Below are positions 44,029 to 53,594 of a DNA stretch of 64,000 bases, piece after piece (position 1 is the first letter of the stretch; every line of letters starts with the position of its first letter). This DNA is from Alphaproteobacteria bacterium. GTDB taxonomy: Bacteria; Pseudomonadota; Alphaproteobacteria; SP197. The position numbers and the translations under genes are program-made. The notes under the pieces are model-generated. The model saw only the letters and a program-made list of their open reading frames with translations. It was not told the DNA's origin and made no database searches. Location of the stretch: NCBI GenBank assembly GCA_965228895.1, contig OZ245842.1:3456001-3520000 (forward strand). Reading direction: 5' to 3'.

Positions 44029-44088
44029 GTCACTCTGTCAACCTGACGTGTGTCGAAATGACCGGCGATCGGGAGCAGGACGGCGCCG

Positions 44089-44826
44089 TCACACCCGGAT
44101 ATCCAGCGCCTCGGCCATCGGTTGTTTGCCGTCTTCGGGCCGGCCGCGCAGGTGGCCGGAAAGCCGGTGCTCGACGGTCTTGAAGATCCACAGGATGGCG
44201 TAGGTGATCACCAGGTACATGATGCCGGCGGTGATGTAGATCTCGTAGACGTCGAAGGTGCGCGCGACGATGACGCGGGCGACGCCGGTCAGGTCCATCA
44301 GCGTGATGATCGAGACCAGCGAGGTCGACTGGAACAGGAAAACGACCTCGTTGGAATAGGCGGGCAGCGCCAGGCGCAACGCCTTGGGCAGGATGATGCG
44401 TTTGTAAAGCAGCCAGCCTGACATGCCGCATGCCTTGGCCGCCTCGATCTCGCCATGGGGCACCGCGCGGATCGCGCCGCGGAAGATCTCCGCCGTATAG
44501 GCGGCCGTGTTCAAGGTCAGCGTCAGGAGCGCGCAGAAATAGGCTTCGCGGAACAGTGTCCACAAACCGAGGTCCTGGAAGAACGGACGGAACTGGCCGC
44601 TGCCGTAATAGATCAGGAAGATCTGCACCAAAAGCGGCGTGCCGCGGAAGAAGAAGATGTAGCCATAGACCGGCGCCGACAGAAGCGGGTTGTTGGAGAC
44701 CCGCAGCATGGCCAGCGGTATGGCGGCAACCAGCCCGATGACGAGCGCGATCGCGGTGATCTGGATGGTCAGCCCAAGCCCGCCGACAAGGGCGGGGATG
44801 CTGTCGATGATGACCTGAAAATCCAT
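44089..44826 (-). CDS. Polar amino acid ABC permease (HisM-type)
   Basis: FFRGTPLLVQ, AAYTAEIFRG, EAA loop. Confidence 0.92.
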   Translation of the reverse strand: MDFQVIIDSIPALVGGLGLTIQITAIALVIGLVAAIPLAMLRVSNNPLLSAPVYGYIFFFRGTPLLVQIFLIYYGSGQFRPFFQDLGLWTLFREAYFCALLTLTLNTAAYTAEIFRGAIRAVPHGEIEAAKACGMSGWLLYKRIILPKALRLALPAYSNEVVFLFQSTSLVSIITLMDLTGVARVIVARTFDVYEIYITAGIMYLVITYAILWIFKTVEHRLSGHLRGRPEDGKQPMAEALDIRV

Positions 44827-44830
44827 GACC

Positions 44831-45529
44831 TCAGGCCCGCCTGACGCCGCGGTTGGCCCAGGCCTCGATACGCTGCTGGCCGGCCATCGAGATGATGGTG
44901 ATGCCCAGATACATCAGCGAGGCCGTGAAATAGAACGAGAACGGCAGCTTGGTCGCGCCGACGGCGATGAACGTCATGCGCATGAGTTCGTCGAGCTGGA
45001 TGACCGAGACCAGCGCCGTCGCCTTGATCAGCACCATCCACACATTGCCCAGCCCCGGCAGCGCGAAACGCCAGATCTGCGGCAGCAGGATGCGACGGAA
45101 GGTCAGCATCGTGCTCATGCCCATGGCGTGGGCGGCTTCGGCTTGGCCCTTGTCGATCGCCTGGAATGCGCCGCGGAACACCTCGGTCGCGAAGGCGCCA
45201 TAGATGAACCCCAGCGTCAGGACGCCGGCAACGAACGGGTTGAAGTCGATCAGGATGTCGTAGCCCAACCTGTCGGCCAGATTCTGCACCAGGGTCGGCG
45301 TGCCGTAGAAGATGACCAGCAGCAGGATAAGCTCGGGAATACCCCGGATAACGGTGGTGTAGGTCGACGCGACGAGGTTCGCCACCTTGTTCTTGGCCAA
45401 TTTGCCCCAGGCGCCCAACAGGCCCAGCACGATGGCAAGACCCAGCGCGCAGACGCCGATCAGCAGGGTCACCTGAAGACCCTGCCACAGCATCCAGCCG
45501 TAACCCTGGAGATCAAACAGTCCGAACAA
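44831..45529 (-). CDS. Polar amino acid ABC permease (HisQ-type)
   Basis: IRGIPEL, GAFATEVFRG, GQAEAA, KATALVS. Confidence 0.92.
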   Translation of the reverse strand: MFGLFDLQGYGWMLWQGLQVTLLIGVCALGLAIVLGLLGAWGKLAKNKVANLVASTYTTVIRGIPELILLLVIFYGTPTLVQNLADRLGYDILIDFNPFVAGVLTLGFIYGAFATEVFRGAFQAIDKGQAEAAHAMGMSTMLTFRRILLPQIWRFALPGLGNVWMVLIKATALVSVIQLDELMRMTFIAVGATKLPFSFYFTASLMYLGITIISMAGQQRIEAWANRGVRRA

Positions 45530-45575
45530 ACGAAACCCCGGCGGTGGGTTGGTCGATGATCAGGGCCAGAAGGCA

Positions 45576-45622
45576 GCGTCCCTTCACGTGTCCTCAAAAT
45601 CGAAGACGGCGTGAAGGGACGC
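45576..45622 (-). terminator. Stem-loop after the ABC solute-binding gene
   Basis: Perfect 13-bp inverted repeat GCGTCCCTTCACG..CGTGAAGGGACGC. Confidence 0.6.
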
Positions 45623-45651
45623 GCGCCCCTAGCCGGCTAAAACGCTATGGC

Positions 45652-46446
45652 CTACTCGGAGCCATAGACGTTGAAGTCGAAGTACTTGTCCTGGATCGCT
45701 TGGTACGTGCCGTCGGCACGAATCTGCGCGATCGCGGCATTGAAGCCATCGACCAGATCCTGCTCGCCCTTGCGGATGGCGATACCGGCGCCATCGCCAT
45801 GCCAGCGCGGATCGTCATAGTCCGGGCCGACAAACTCAAAGCCGGCGCCCTCGTCCGTCACCAGGAAACCTTCCTTCAGCGCGACGGAGTCAGCCATCAC
45901 CAGATCGACACGGCCGTTGGCCAGATCCAGGTTGGCTTCGTCCTGCGTGGCGTAGACCACGACCTCGACATCCGGGAAGTTATCGCGGATGAAGTTCTCG
46001 TGGATGGTCGCGCGCTGGACGCCGACCTTCATGCCGGAGATCGCCTCGTTCGCCGCCGTGTAATCCTCGGGGATTACCAGTTCGATGTTCTTGTCTTTGA
46101 TGAACTTGGCAGGCGTCGAATAGTACTTGTTGGTGAAGTCGACGACCTCGGCACGCTCGGCCGTGATCGACATGGACGCGATAATGGCGTCGTACTTCTG
46201 GGCCAGCAGACCGGGGATGATGCCGTCCCAATCTTGCACGACAAACTCGCACTCATACCCCGCGGCATCGCACAGCGCGACGGCGATATCGATGTCAAAG
46301 CCGACCAGATTGCCGTCCGAGTCGATGGAATTGAACGGCGGGTAGGCGCCTTCCGTGCCGATACGCACGACATCCTGCGCCTGCGCGGCGTTTGCGGCAA
46401 AACCGACCGCAACGGCGACAACCGCCGCTTTAATGAGAGATCTCAT
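45652..46446 (-). CDS. ABC solute-binding protein (HisJ/ArgT family)
   Basis: Signal peptide; GTEGAYPPF, GFDIDI, QDWDGIIP, SMSITAER. Confidence 0.93.
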   Translation of the reverse strand: MRSLIKAAVVAVAVGFAANAAQAQDVVRIGTEGAYPPFNSIDSDGNLVGFDIDIAVALCDAAGYECEFVVQDWDGIIPGLLAQKYDAIIASMSITAERAEVVDFTNKYYSTPAKFIKDKNIELVIPEDYTAANEAISGMKVGVQRATIHENFIRDNFPDVEVVVYATQDEANLDLANGRVDLVMADSVALKEGFLVTDEGAGFEFVGPDYDDPRWHGDGAGIAIRKGEQDLVDGFNAAIAQIRADGTYQAIQDKYFDFNVYGSE

Positions 46447-46507
46447 GGATATCCTCCTTTTTCCTCTCAAACCTCATGCTTAAACAAATGCCCCCTCATA
46501 ACCGGCC

Positions 46508-47284
46508 CTATGGATGTTCCAGATTGCTCGCCAGGAACTGCCGGAAGCGTTCTGATTTCTGGCCTTCGAAAAGCTCCTTGGGCGGGCCGTGTTCTTCGAC
46601 GCGGCCCTCGTGCAGAAAGATCACCTCCGACGATACCTCGCGCGCGAAACCCATTTCGTGGGTGACGACGATCATGGTGCGCCCTTCTTCCGCCAGTTGA
46701 CGGATGACGCGCATCACCTCGCCGACCAGCTCCGGGTCAAGCGCCGATGTCGGCTCGTCGAACAGCAGGACGTCGGGGTCGACGGCGAGCGCGCGCGCGA
46801 TCGCCGCGCGCTGCTGCTGGCCGCCGGAAAGATGGGCGGGGTAATAGTCCAGCTTGTCGGCCAGGCCGACCTTGTCCAGGATCGCCCTGGCCTGTTCCTC
46901 GGCTTCATGTTTCGGCCGCTTCAGGACATGCACCGGCGCTTCCATGACGTTCTGCAGGACGGTCATGTGGGACCACAGATTGAACTGCTGAAACACCATG
47001 CCGAGCTTCGAGCGAATGCGGTCGACCTGGCGCGAATCCTCAGGCACCGGGGCGCCGCGCCGGTTGGTTGTCATGCGGATCAGCTCACCCGCGACATAGA
47101 CCTCGCCGGCATTCGGCACCTCAAGCAGGTTGATGCAGCGCAGGAACGTGCTCTTGCCGGAGCCGCTCGAGCCGATCATCGCAATGACATCGCCCTCGTG
47201 CGCCGTCATCGACACACCCTTAAGGACTTCCAAAGCGCCGAAACTCTTATGCAGGTCGTTGACGACGATTGCCGCCTCGGCCAT
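46508..47284 (-). CDS. ABC ATP-binding protein (HisP-type)
   Basis: GSSGSGKST, LSGGQQQR, LFDEPTSALDPE, VTHEMGF. Confidence 0.95.
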   Translation of the reverse strand: MAEAAIVVNDLHKSFGALEVLKGVSMTAHEGDVIAMIGSSGSGKSTFLRCINLLEVPNAGEVYVAGELIRMTTNRRGAPVPEDSRQVDRIRSKLGMVFQQFNLWSHMTVLQNVMEAPVHVLKRPKHEAEEQARAILDKVGLADKLDYYPAHLSGGQQQRAAIARALAVDPDVLLFDEPTSALDPELVGEVMRVIRQLAEEGRTMIVVTHEMGFAREVSSEVIFLHEGRVEEHGPPKELFEGQKSERFRQFLASNLEHP

Positions 47285-47508
47285 GCGTTCCTCCCGAACT
47301 TGCTTTTTTTGACCATTGGAATTGGTCATGTCTTGTTGTTGCCAGCAGTCAAACCACGAATGGGCGGGCATGGCAAGCACCATGGATTGTTCTGTCCAAG
47401 AGACTTACAAGCCTTCTAAATACAGTTAGCGGCAGCGCTTGGGTCCTTTAGGCTGGGCCGGTCAATCCGTGCTGACACACGTGTCTCGCGCAACCTGGAG
47501 TCTTCTGG

Positions 47509-48939
47509 ATGGCCGGCCGCAACGTCTTGATCTTGATGTCCGACGAACACCTGCGCGAAGCCGCCGGGTGTTACGGCGGCCAGGTCCACACGCCCAACTT
47601 GGACAAGCTGGCGGCAAAGGGGACACGCTTTACGCAGGCCGTCACGCCGTCGCCGATTTGCGTGCCGGCCCGCGCATCGCTCGCCACCGGTCGTTACGTG
47701 CACGACATCGGTTTCTGGTCGAACGCCCAGCCCTATGACGGCAGCGTCAAGGGTTGGGGCCATCGCCTGATCGATGAAGGCCATCGCGTGGTGTCGATCG
47801 GTAAACTGCACTACCGCAGCGCCGATGACGACAACGGCTTCGACGAAGAGATCATCCCGCTGCATGTGAGAAACGGCATCGGCTGGGTGCGCGGTCTTCT
47901 GGGCCGCGACGGCTCGGCATGGAACAACGCCGACCACTTCGCCGAGGAGATCGGACCGGGCCTGTGCGACTATAACCGCTACGACATGCGCGTCGGCGAA
48001 GAGACCTGCCGCTGGCTGACCGACGAGGCGCCCAAGACCGGCGACAAACCATGGGTGCTCTATGCTTCGTTCGTCACGCCGCACTATCCGCTGATCGTGC
48101 CCCAGGAATTCTACGACCTCTATCCGCTCGATCGGCTGGAGCCGCCGCGCCTCAACGCGCCGGACGAACAATCGACGCATCCTGTCGTTCAAGCCATGCG
48201 CGGATTCATGAACTACGACGACTTCTTCGACGACCACACACGCTTGGTCGCCAAGGCGAGTTATCTGGGCCTCTGTTCCTTTCTCGACGATCAGATCGGC
48301 AAGGTGTTGGCCGCGCTCGAAGCGACCGGCCAAGCAGACAACACGCTCATCCTTTATTCCAGCGATCACGGCGAACTCGCGGGCAACCACGGGCTCTGGA
48401 CGAAATGCGTGATGTATGAAGAGTCCGCAGCCATCCCCATGCTCGCCGCCGGTCCCGGCATTCCCGAAGGCCAGGTGCGCGACGATCCGGTCTCGCTGAT
48501 TGATATCCATCAGACCGTGCTGGAGACGGCCGGGCTCGGGCTGTCCGATGACGACAGCGACCTGCCCGGACGCTCGTTGATCGGCATCGCCAACGGCGAA
48601 CGTCATGGCCGCACGCTGCTCAGCGAATACCACGACGGTGGTTCGATCACCGGCATGTTCATGATCCGCATGGGCCGCTGGAAGTACACGGCCTATCCAG
48701 GTTACCCACCGGAACTGTTTGATCTGGAAGCCGATCCCGTTGAGGCCAACGACCTCGGCCAGAGTTCCGAGCACCAGGCCATACGCGCCCAGTGCGACAA
48801 GGCGCTCAGATCCGTCGTCGACCCCGACGAGGCCAACCGGCGCGCGTTCGCCGACCAGGCAGCGCGCATCGCAGAACTGGGTGGGCGCGAGGGCATCATG
48901 GCGACCGAGGACTTCGACCAGTCGCCGGTGCCCCTGTGA
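47509..48939 (+). CDS. Cys-type sulfatase (choline-sulfatase-like)
   Basis: SDEH, PICVPAR, GKLH, SDHGE. Confidence 0.9.
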   Translation: MAGRNVLILMSDEHLREAAGCYGGQVHTPNLDKLAAKGTRFTQAVTPSPICVPARASLATGRYVHDIGFWSNAQPYDGSVKGWGHRLIDEGHRVVSIGKLHYRSADDDNGFDEEIIPLHVRNGIGWVRGLLGRDGSAWNNADHFAEEIGPGLCDYNRYDMRVGEETCRWLTDEAPKTGDKPWVLYASFVTPHYPLIVPQEFYDLYPLDRLEPPRLNAPDEQSTHPVVQAMRGFMNYDDFFDDHTRLVAKASYLGLCSFLDDQIGKVLAALEATGQADNTLILYSSDHGELAGNHGLWTKCVMYEESAAIPMLAAGPGIPEGQVRDDPVSLIDIHQTVLETAGLGLSDDDSDLPGRSLIGIANGERHGRTLLSEYHDGGSITGMFMIRMGRWKYTAYPGYPPELFDLEADPVEANDLGQSSEHQAIRAQCDKALRSVVDPDEANRRAFADQAARIAELGGREGIMATEDFDQSPVPL

Positions 48940-49706
48940 TCGCGACGCTCAAACCGATCGCGCTGTCATGCGTCCTTGCCCTTTTCCTTATCGTCCGGGC
49001 CCTCGCTGACGAACCGATCGTCTGGGCGACCGACGGCCAATTCGCACCATTCAGCACGACCGACGAAACCGGCGCGGCCAGCGGCCTCGACCGTGATGTC
49101 GCGGATGCAATCTGCGACGCGCTCGACCGTCCATGCGCGTTTCTTGTCGTCCCCTGGGCCGACCTCTACCCGGGCCTGAACGACGGCCGCTTCGACCTGC
49201 TCTATTCCGGCATGTCGCCATGGACCGTCAGGGCGGCAGGCGCCACGCCAAGCGCCGCCTATTTTTCGACAGCCGGGCGTTTCGTCACGGTTGATGGCCG
49301 TCTCGACGAGGTCGACATCATGGCGCCCGACATCGTCATCGGCGTCTTGGCCGGCACACCGCATGCGCGCTACCTGGAGGCCACGATCGGCAGCGCCGAA
49401 CGCCTCAGGCGTTACGCCGATGAAGAAGAAATGTACTTCGGCCTTTTGGCCGGCGCCACCGATGTGGTGTTCGGCGACGGCCTGTTGCTTTACCACGATG
49501 TCGTCCAGCCGATCCGTGATCTTGCCATCAACTTCGTGCCGCCGGATGTGGACGACGAAGACTATTTCGACGGTGGCTTGGTCTTCGCCTTGCGCCCCGG
49601 CGACGCCCTTACCGCCGACATCGCACACGCGCTCCAGACGCTACGCGACGACGGCAGGCTCGACGCCATCATCGAACAGCATTTGCCGGGCTACACGATT
49701 CCCTGA
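48936..49706 (+). CDS. Family 3 solute-binding protein (divergent)
   Basis: GTG overlaps the sulfatase stop; signal peptide, FAPFS, GLDRDV, WADLYPGLNDGRFD. Confidence 0.8.
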   Translation: MIATLKPIALSCVLALFLIVRALADEPIVWATDGQFAPFSTTDETGAASGLDRDVADAICDALDRPCAFLVVPWADLYPGLNDGRFDLLYSGMSPWTVRAAGATPSAAYFSTAGRFVTVDGRLDEVDIMAPDIVIGVLAGTPHARYLEATIGSAERLRRYADEEEMYFGLLAGATDVVFGDGLLLYHDVVQPIRDLAINFVPPDVDDEDYFDGGLVFALRPGDALTADIAHALQTLRDDGRLDAIIEQHLPGYTIP

Positions 49707-49986
49707 CGTGATCGTTGAGCGTACCCACCAAACACACGCTTGATGCGGCGACGCGCATCACTTATACAGGCGCCATGATAACGCGCACTCATTAAGAACA
49801 GTCGGCCACACGGCCGACTTGGCCTGACCGAACGGTCAGCCGCTGCTGCGCGTCTGCATTCAGACTTCCCGACATTCTTGATCGACCAAGGGCGCGCATC
49901 CCCGAAACCGGGGCACCGTGCGCGCACTTCAGATCCGACCTCGCGTTCAATGCCCCCGCAGACCACCAAACGGATTGGCCGGGATC

Positions 49987-51375
49987 ATGAACGTCATCGC
50001 GCACTTGTTTGGGCTGAGACCCCGATCGCTTTCGCCGTGGCGGCGCGAAATCGGCGCGACGATTCCGCTCGCCATCCCGCTTGCCCTGACCGAGCTGGCT
50101 TACATATCGATCATGACGACCGACGTCATCATGATGGGTTGGCTGGGTTCCGACATGCTTGCCGCCGGTTCGCTGGCGATGCGCCTGAACTTCTTCTTCG
50201 TGATGATCCCGTTCGGCGTGTTGGGCGCCGTCGCGCCGATCATAGCGCAGCATCTGGGCGCCCGGCGCTTTCGCATGGTTCGGCGCGCCGCGCGCCAGGG
50301 CCTGTGGCTCGCGGTTATCACGTCCCTGCCCTGCCTTGTCGTCAGTTGGAACGCCGAGGCGATCCTGGTCCTGTTGGGCCAAGATCCGGCGCTGGCCAAG
50401 GCCGGACAGTCCTACCTGCGCTACATGATCATCGGCTTGATTCCCGCCATGTGGATGTACGTCCTTGCTGAGTTCTTGGCCGCGCATGCCAGACCGCGCC
50501 CCGCGCTGGTCGTGACGGTCATCGCGATCGGCCTTAACGCACTGGCCAACTATGTGCTGATGTTCGGCGCGTTCGGCTTTCCGGCACTCGGGCTGGATGG
50601 CGCGGGCATCTCGACCGCGGTGGTCGATATCTTCATGTTCGCCGCCCTTCTCTTCTACGTGCTTCAGGACCGGCGCCTGCGCCGCTACCGCATTCTGGGC
50701 CGGTTATGGCGCGCCGATGTCGAGCAGATGATCGAGATCGTGCGCATCGGTTTTCCGATCGCGCTCACCAACCTGTCCGAAGACGGCATGTATCTGGTCA
50801 TGACCTTGCTGATGGGTCTGCTCGGTACAGCAGCCCTGGCGGCACATACGGTCGCCGGTCAATCGTGCGCGATCTTCTTCATGGTATCCGGCGGCCTGAC
50901 TCTGGCGGCAACCGTGCGCGTCGGGCGCGCCGCGGGCGCCGGTCATCACGTCGATGCGCGGCGCGCCGGCTGGACCGCCATCGGTCTGGCGACGTGTTTC
51001 GCTGTCGTCCCCGCCATGCTGTTCTGGTTCCATGGTGACCTGGTGATCGGCATCTTCCTCGATGCATCGCTGCCGGAGAACGCGGAGGCCATCGCGCTGG
51101 CCATACCGCTGCTGGCCATCGCCGCGGTGTTCCAGCTGGCCGACGGCATGCAGGTGACCGCGATGGGCGCGCTGCGCGGCCTGAAAGACACGCGCGGTCC
51201 GATGATGGTTACGCTGATCGTCTATTGGGTCTTGGCGGTGCCGCTATCCGTCCTGCTGGTCCTTGTCTTCGATCAGGGCAGTCAGGCGATCTGGATATGC
51301 CTGGCGGTCGCGTTTTGCCTTGTCGCGGCGCTGTTGGTGCGCCGCTTTCACCGACAAACCAGACAAGCCCAATGA
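49987..51375 (+). CDS. MATE family efflux transporter (NorM-like)
   Basis: TTDVIMMGWLG, GLDGAGIST, FQLADGMQ..GALRGLKDT. Confidence 0.92.
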   Translation: MNVIAHLFGLRPRSLSPWRREIGATIPLAIPLALTELAYISIMTTDVIMMGWLGSDMLAAGSLAMRLNFFFVMIPFGVLGAVAPIIAQHLGARRFRMVRRAARQGLWLAVITSLPCLVVSWNAEAILVLLGQDPALAKAGQSYLRYMIIGLIPAMWMYVLAEFLAAHARPRPALVVTVIAIGLNALANYVLMFGAFGFPALGLDGAGISTAVVDIFMFAALLFYVLQDRRLRRYRILGRLWRADVEQMIEIVRIGFPIALTNLSEDGMYLVMTLLMGLLGTAALAAHTVAGQSCAIFFMVSGGLTLAATVRVGRAAGAGHHVDARRAGWTAIGLATCFAVVPAMLFWFHGDLVIGIFLDASLPENAEAIALAIPLLAIAAVFQLADGMQVTAMGALRGLKDTRGPMMVTLIVYWVLAVPLSVLLVLVFDQGSQAIWICLAVAFCLVAALLVRRFHRQTRQAQ

Positions 51376-51380
51376 GCTGG

Positions 51381-52523
51381 TCAATCCAGCAACAGGTTCT
51401 CGCGCTGATCGGCCAGCGGCTCCGCACCGGCGACCTGGCAGACACACTGCCCCTCGACAACGTAGTGGCTGTCGACGAGTTCATAGACCAGACCGTCGGT
51501 CGGGCTCGTCACCGGATGACGCGCCGCCGACGCCTTGTCCGCCATCGGATCGACGATCTCGGCAACAACGTCGCCTGTGCGCACGTGGGCGCCCAGGTCG
51601 GTCTTGAAGCTGACCACGCCCGTCGCCGGCGCCATGATGAAACCGACGCCTGCCAGCGGCGTGGGGTCGCATTGGGGCTCCGGCAGAGGACCGGGATCGC
51701 CGGCGACGACCGAGCGTCGCTGAAGAAACCGCATCAGGTTGGCCGCATCGCCGGCGGCGGTCGCATCGTCGACATCGGTGAAGCCGCGCAGTTCGATTGT
51801 CGCGGATAAACAGCCAAGCGGGATCGGCCGGTCAGGATGGTGCGCGGCAAGTTGCCGCCAGAGATTGGCGACCGCATGATCGAAGGCGACACCGCTGCCG
51901 GTTTCCTCTTCCAGCAATGTCGCCTCGCTACCCAGATCGGCGTGCAGGTCGGCGGCATCGGGCCATGACGCGGCGTTGAGAAAGAGATGCATCAGCGCGT
52001 TCGACGCGCAATGCAGATCGAGCACGATGTCGGCATCGATGGCGAGACCGAGCAGCGCCTTCTTCAGCATCGGCGACGGCTGCGCGGCAGGTGTTGCGGC
52101 GACCGCGTCAATCGCCGCACGACGGATCGCTGCGACGTTGCGCACGGGGTCGTCGCCAAGCTCGGCCGTGACCGAGGCCTCGACGGCATCGGCGACATCG
52201 GGGAAACCACGGTTGAAGTTGACGCCGGAATCCATGTCGTACCGGCCGAGATGGCGGCGCTGCACCCGTTGAGCCAGGCCAATCGGGTTGGCGACCGGCA
52301 CCACGGTCACCTCGCCTTTGATCTCGCCCCTGGCATCCGCGTCTTCAAGCAGCGCCAGCATGTGGTGGGCGACCAACAAGGCCGGAATCTCGCCGGCATG
52401 GATCGCCGCCTGGATAAAGACCTTGGGCCGGACGCCGGTGTCGCCGAAACGGTGCACGGTCAAAACTTGATCGGACCCGAGCGACGGAACCGGCAGCGGC
52501 AGGCGTTCAACGACATGACTCAT
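51381..52523 (-). CDS. M14 succinylglutamate desuccinylase/aspartoacylase family, paralogue 1
   Basis: IHAGE, ANPIG, NFNR, LDLHC, IELRG, C-terminal biotinyl-like hairpin. Confidence 0.9.
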   Translation of the reverse strand: MSHVVERLPLPVPSLGSDQVLTVHRFGDTGVRPKVFIQAAIHAGEIPALLVAHHMLALLEDADARGEIKGEVTVVPVANPIGLAQRVQRRHLGRYDMDSGVNFNRGFPDVADAVEASVTAELGDDPVRNVAAIRRAAIDAVAATPAAQPSPMLKKALLGLAIDADIVLDLHCASNALMHLFLNAASWPDAADLHADLGSEATLLEEETGSGVAFDHAVANLWRQLAAHHPDRPIPLGCLSATIELRGFTDVDDATAAGDAANLMRFLQRRSVVAGDPGPLPEPQCDPTPLAGVGFIMAPATGVVSFKTDLGAHVRTGDVVAEIVDPMADKASAARHPVTSPTDGLVYELVDSHYVVEGQCVCQVAGAEPLADQRENLLLD

Positions 52524-52610
52524 CGCAGGGAAACCCGGGTTCGGTCAGCCGGCATAACGATCTCTATCGTTGTGAGATAGTCTTGCCGGCAAAGGGGAGC
52601 GCAAGATGGC

Positions 52611-52651
52611 ACAAGACCGCTTCGGAATCAGCCATTCCGAAACGGTCTTGT
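52611..52651 (-). terminator. Long hairpin downstream of the BTLCP gene
   Basis: 18-bp stem ACAAGACCGTTTCGGAAT / ATTCCGAAGCGGTCTTGT with one G-U pair on the minus strand. Confidence 0.65.
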
Positions 52652-52725
52652 TGACCCCAGGACGCTAAGCTGCGCGTGTCTGTGGGAAGGGGTTGGACCT
52701 CACGAGCGCCGGTGGCGCGCGCCAG

Positions 52726-53472
52726 CTAGAACAAGCTGATCAGGAAGTCCTCGATCTCGTCGGTCTCGCCATCGCCGGACGCAGGCGCGGTCTGGATGGG
52801 ATCCGGCTCAGGGTGCGCGGCCGGCATGTAGATCCAATGATCGACCTGGTTCAGCGCATAGATCGGACGATAGTCCTCATCCATGTCGACCTCGACCTCG
52901 GTGCTCAGGTTATCAAGCACGAGGGTCTGGCCATTCTGCTGCACTTCCAGAACCGCGTGATGGATGCCCCGGCTTTCGTCCAGCAGCACGACCAGGCGCA
53001 TGTCCTGTTCGGCGAAACCCAGCAGGCGCAGTGCGGCGTACTTGGCGATCGCATAGTCCTCGCAATCGCCCGACCCCGCGGCAAACGACAGCGGCGACTG
53101 CCAGACATCCTCGACACCGAAGATGGCGTCGTCGGTGGTATAGGGCAGACGGTTGAAATGATCGTTGACGGCTTCAAGCTGCTGGTCACGCGGCTTGTCG
53201 GCGACCGTGCCGAGAAAGGCGACGAACGCCGAAACCGACGAACGGTCGCACGAACCGTCCTGGCGACAGGCCTCGATGGTGGCCTCGTCCCGGTCGATCA
53301 GCGTGGTCAGTTGGCTCCAGGCTGGAATCTTCAGCGCGTCGCCGACGCTGACGTCGACGAGCTCGCCATTGTCGTTGGCAAAGGCGTTACCCGTCAGTGC
53401 GAGTAGCGCAATTCCCGTCCCCAAAATCTTTCGAAGAAACCGGCCCCGTGTCCCAGATCGATACAGTTTCAT
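52726..53472 (-). CDS. Periplasmic transglutaminase-like cysteine peptidase (BTLCP/C93, LapG-like)
   Basis: Signal peptide (..GNAFA); AVNDHFN, DD..FGVEDVWQSP, GDCEDYAIAKY, HAVL, VLDNL (Cys-His-Asp triad). Confidence 0.9.
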   Translation of the reverse strand: MKLYRSGTRGRFLRKILGTGIALLALTGNAFANDNGELVDVSVGDALKIPAWSQLTTLIDRDEATIEACRQDGSCDRSSVSAFVAFLGTVADKPRDQQLEAVNDHFNRLPYTTDDAIFGVEDVWQSPLSFAAGSGDCEDYAIAKYAALRLLGFAEQDMRLVVLLDESRGIHHAVLEVQQNGQTLVLDNLSTEVEVDMDEDYRPIYALNQVDHWIYMPAAHPEPDPIQTAPASGDGETDEIEDFLISLF

Positions 53473-53510
53473 CTCCGCGGTCACCAAGTAGTTAGTAACA
53501 CTTTGGGAGT

Positions 53511-53552
53511 AGTGTATCGATACCTCTAACGAGTTATGTGACTGCTATCACA
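53511..53552 (-). promoter_or_regulatory. CRP-type box with -10 element upstream of the BTLCP gene
   Basis: Perfect TGTGA-N6-TCACA at 53537-53552; TACACT on the minus strand at 53516-53511. Confidence 0.6.
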
Positions 53553-53594
53553 AAGAGATAGTTATACGTCTTTAGTGTGGGGTAGAGATGTCTC

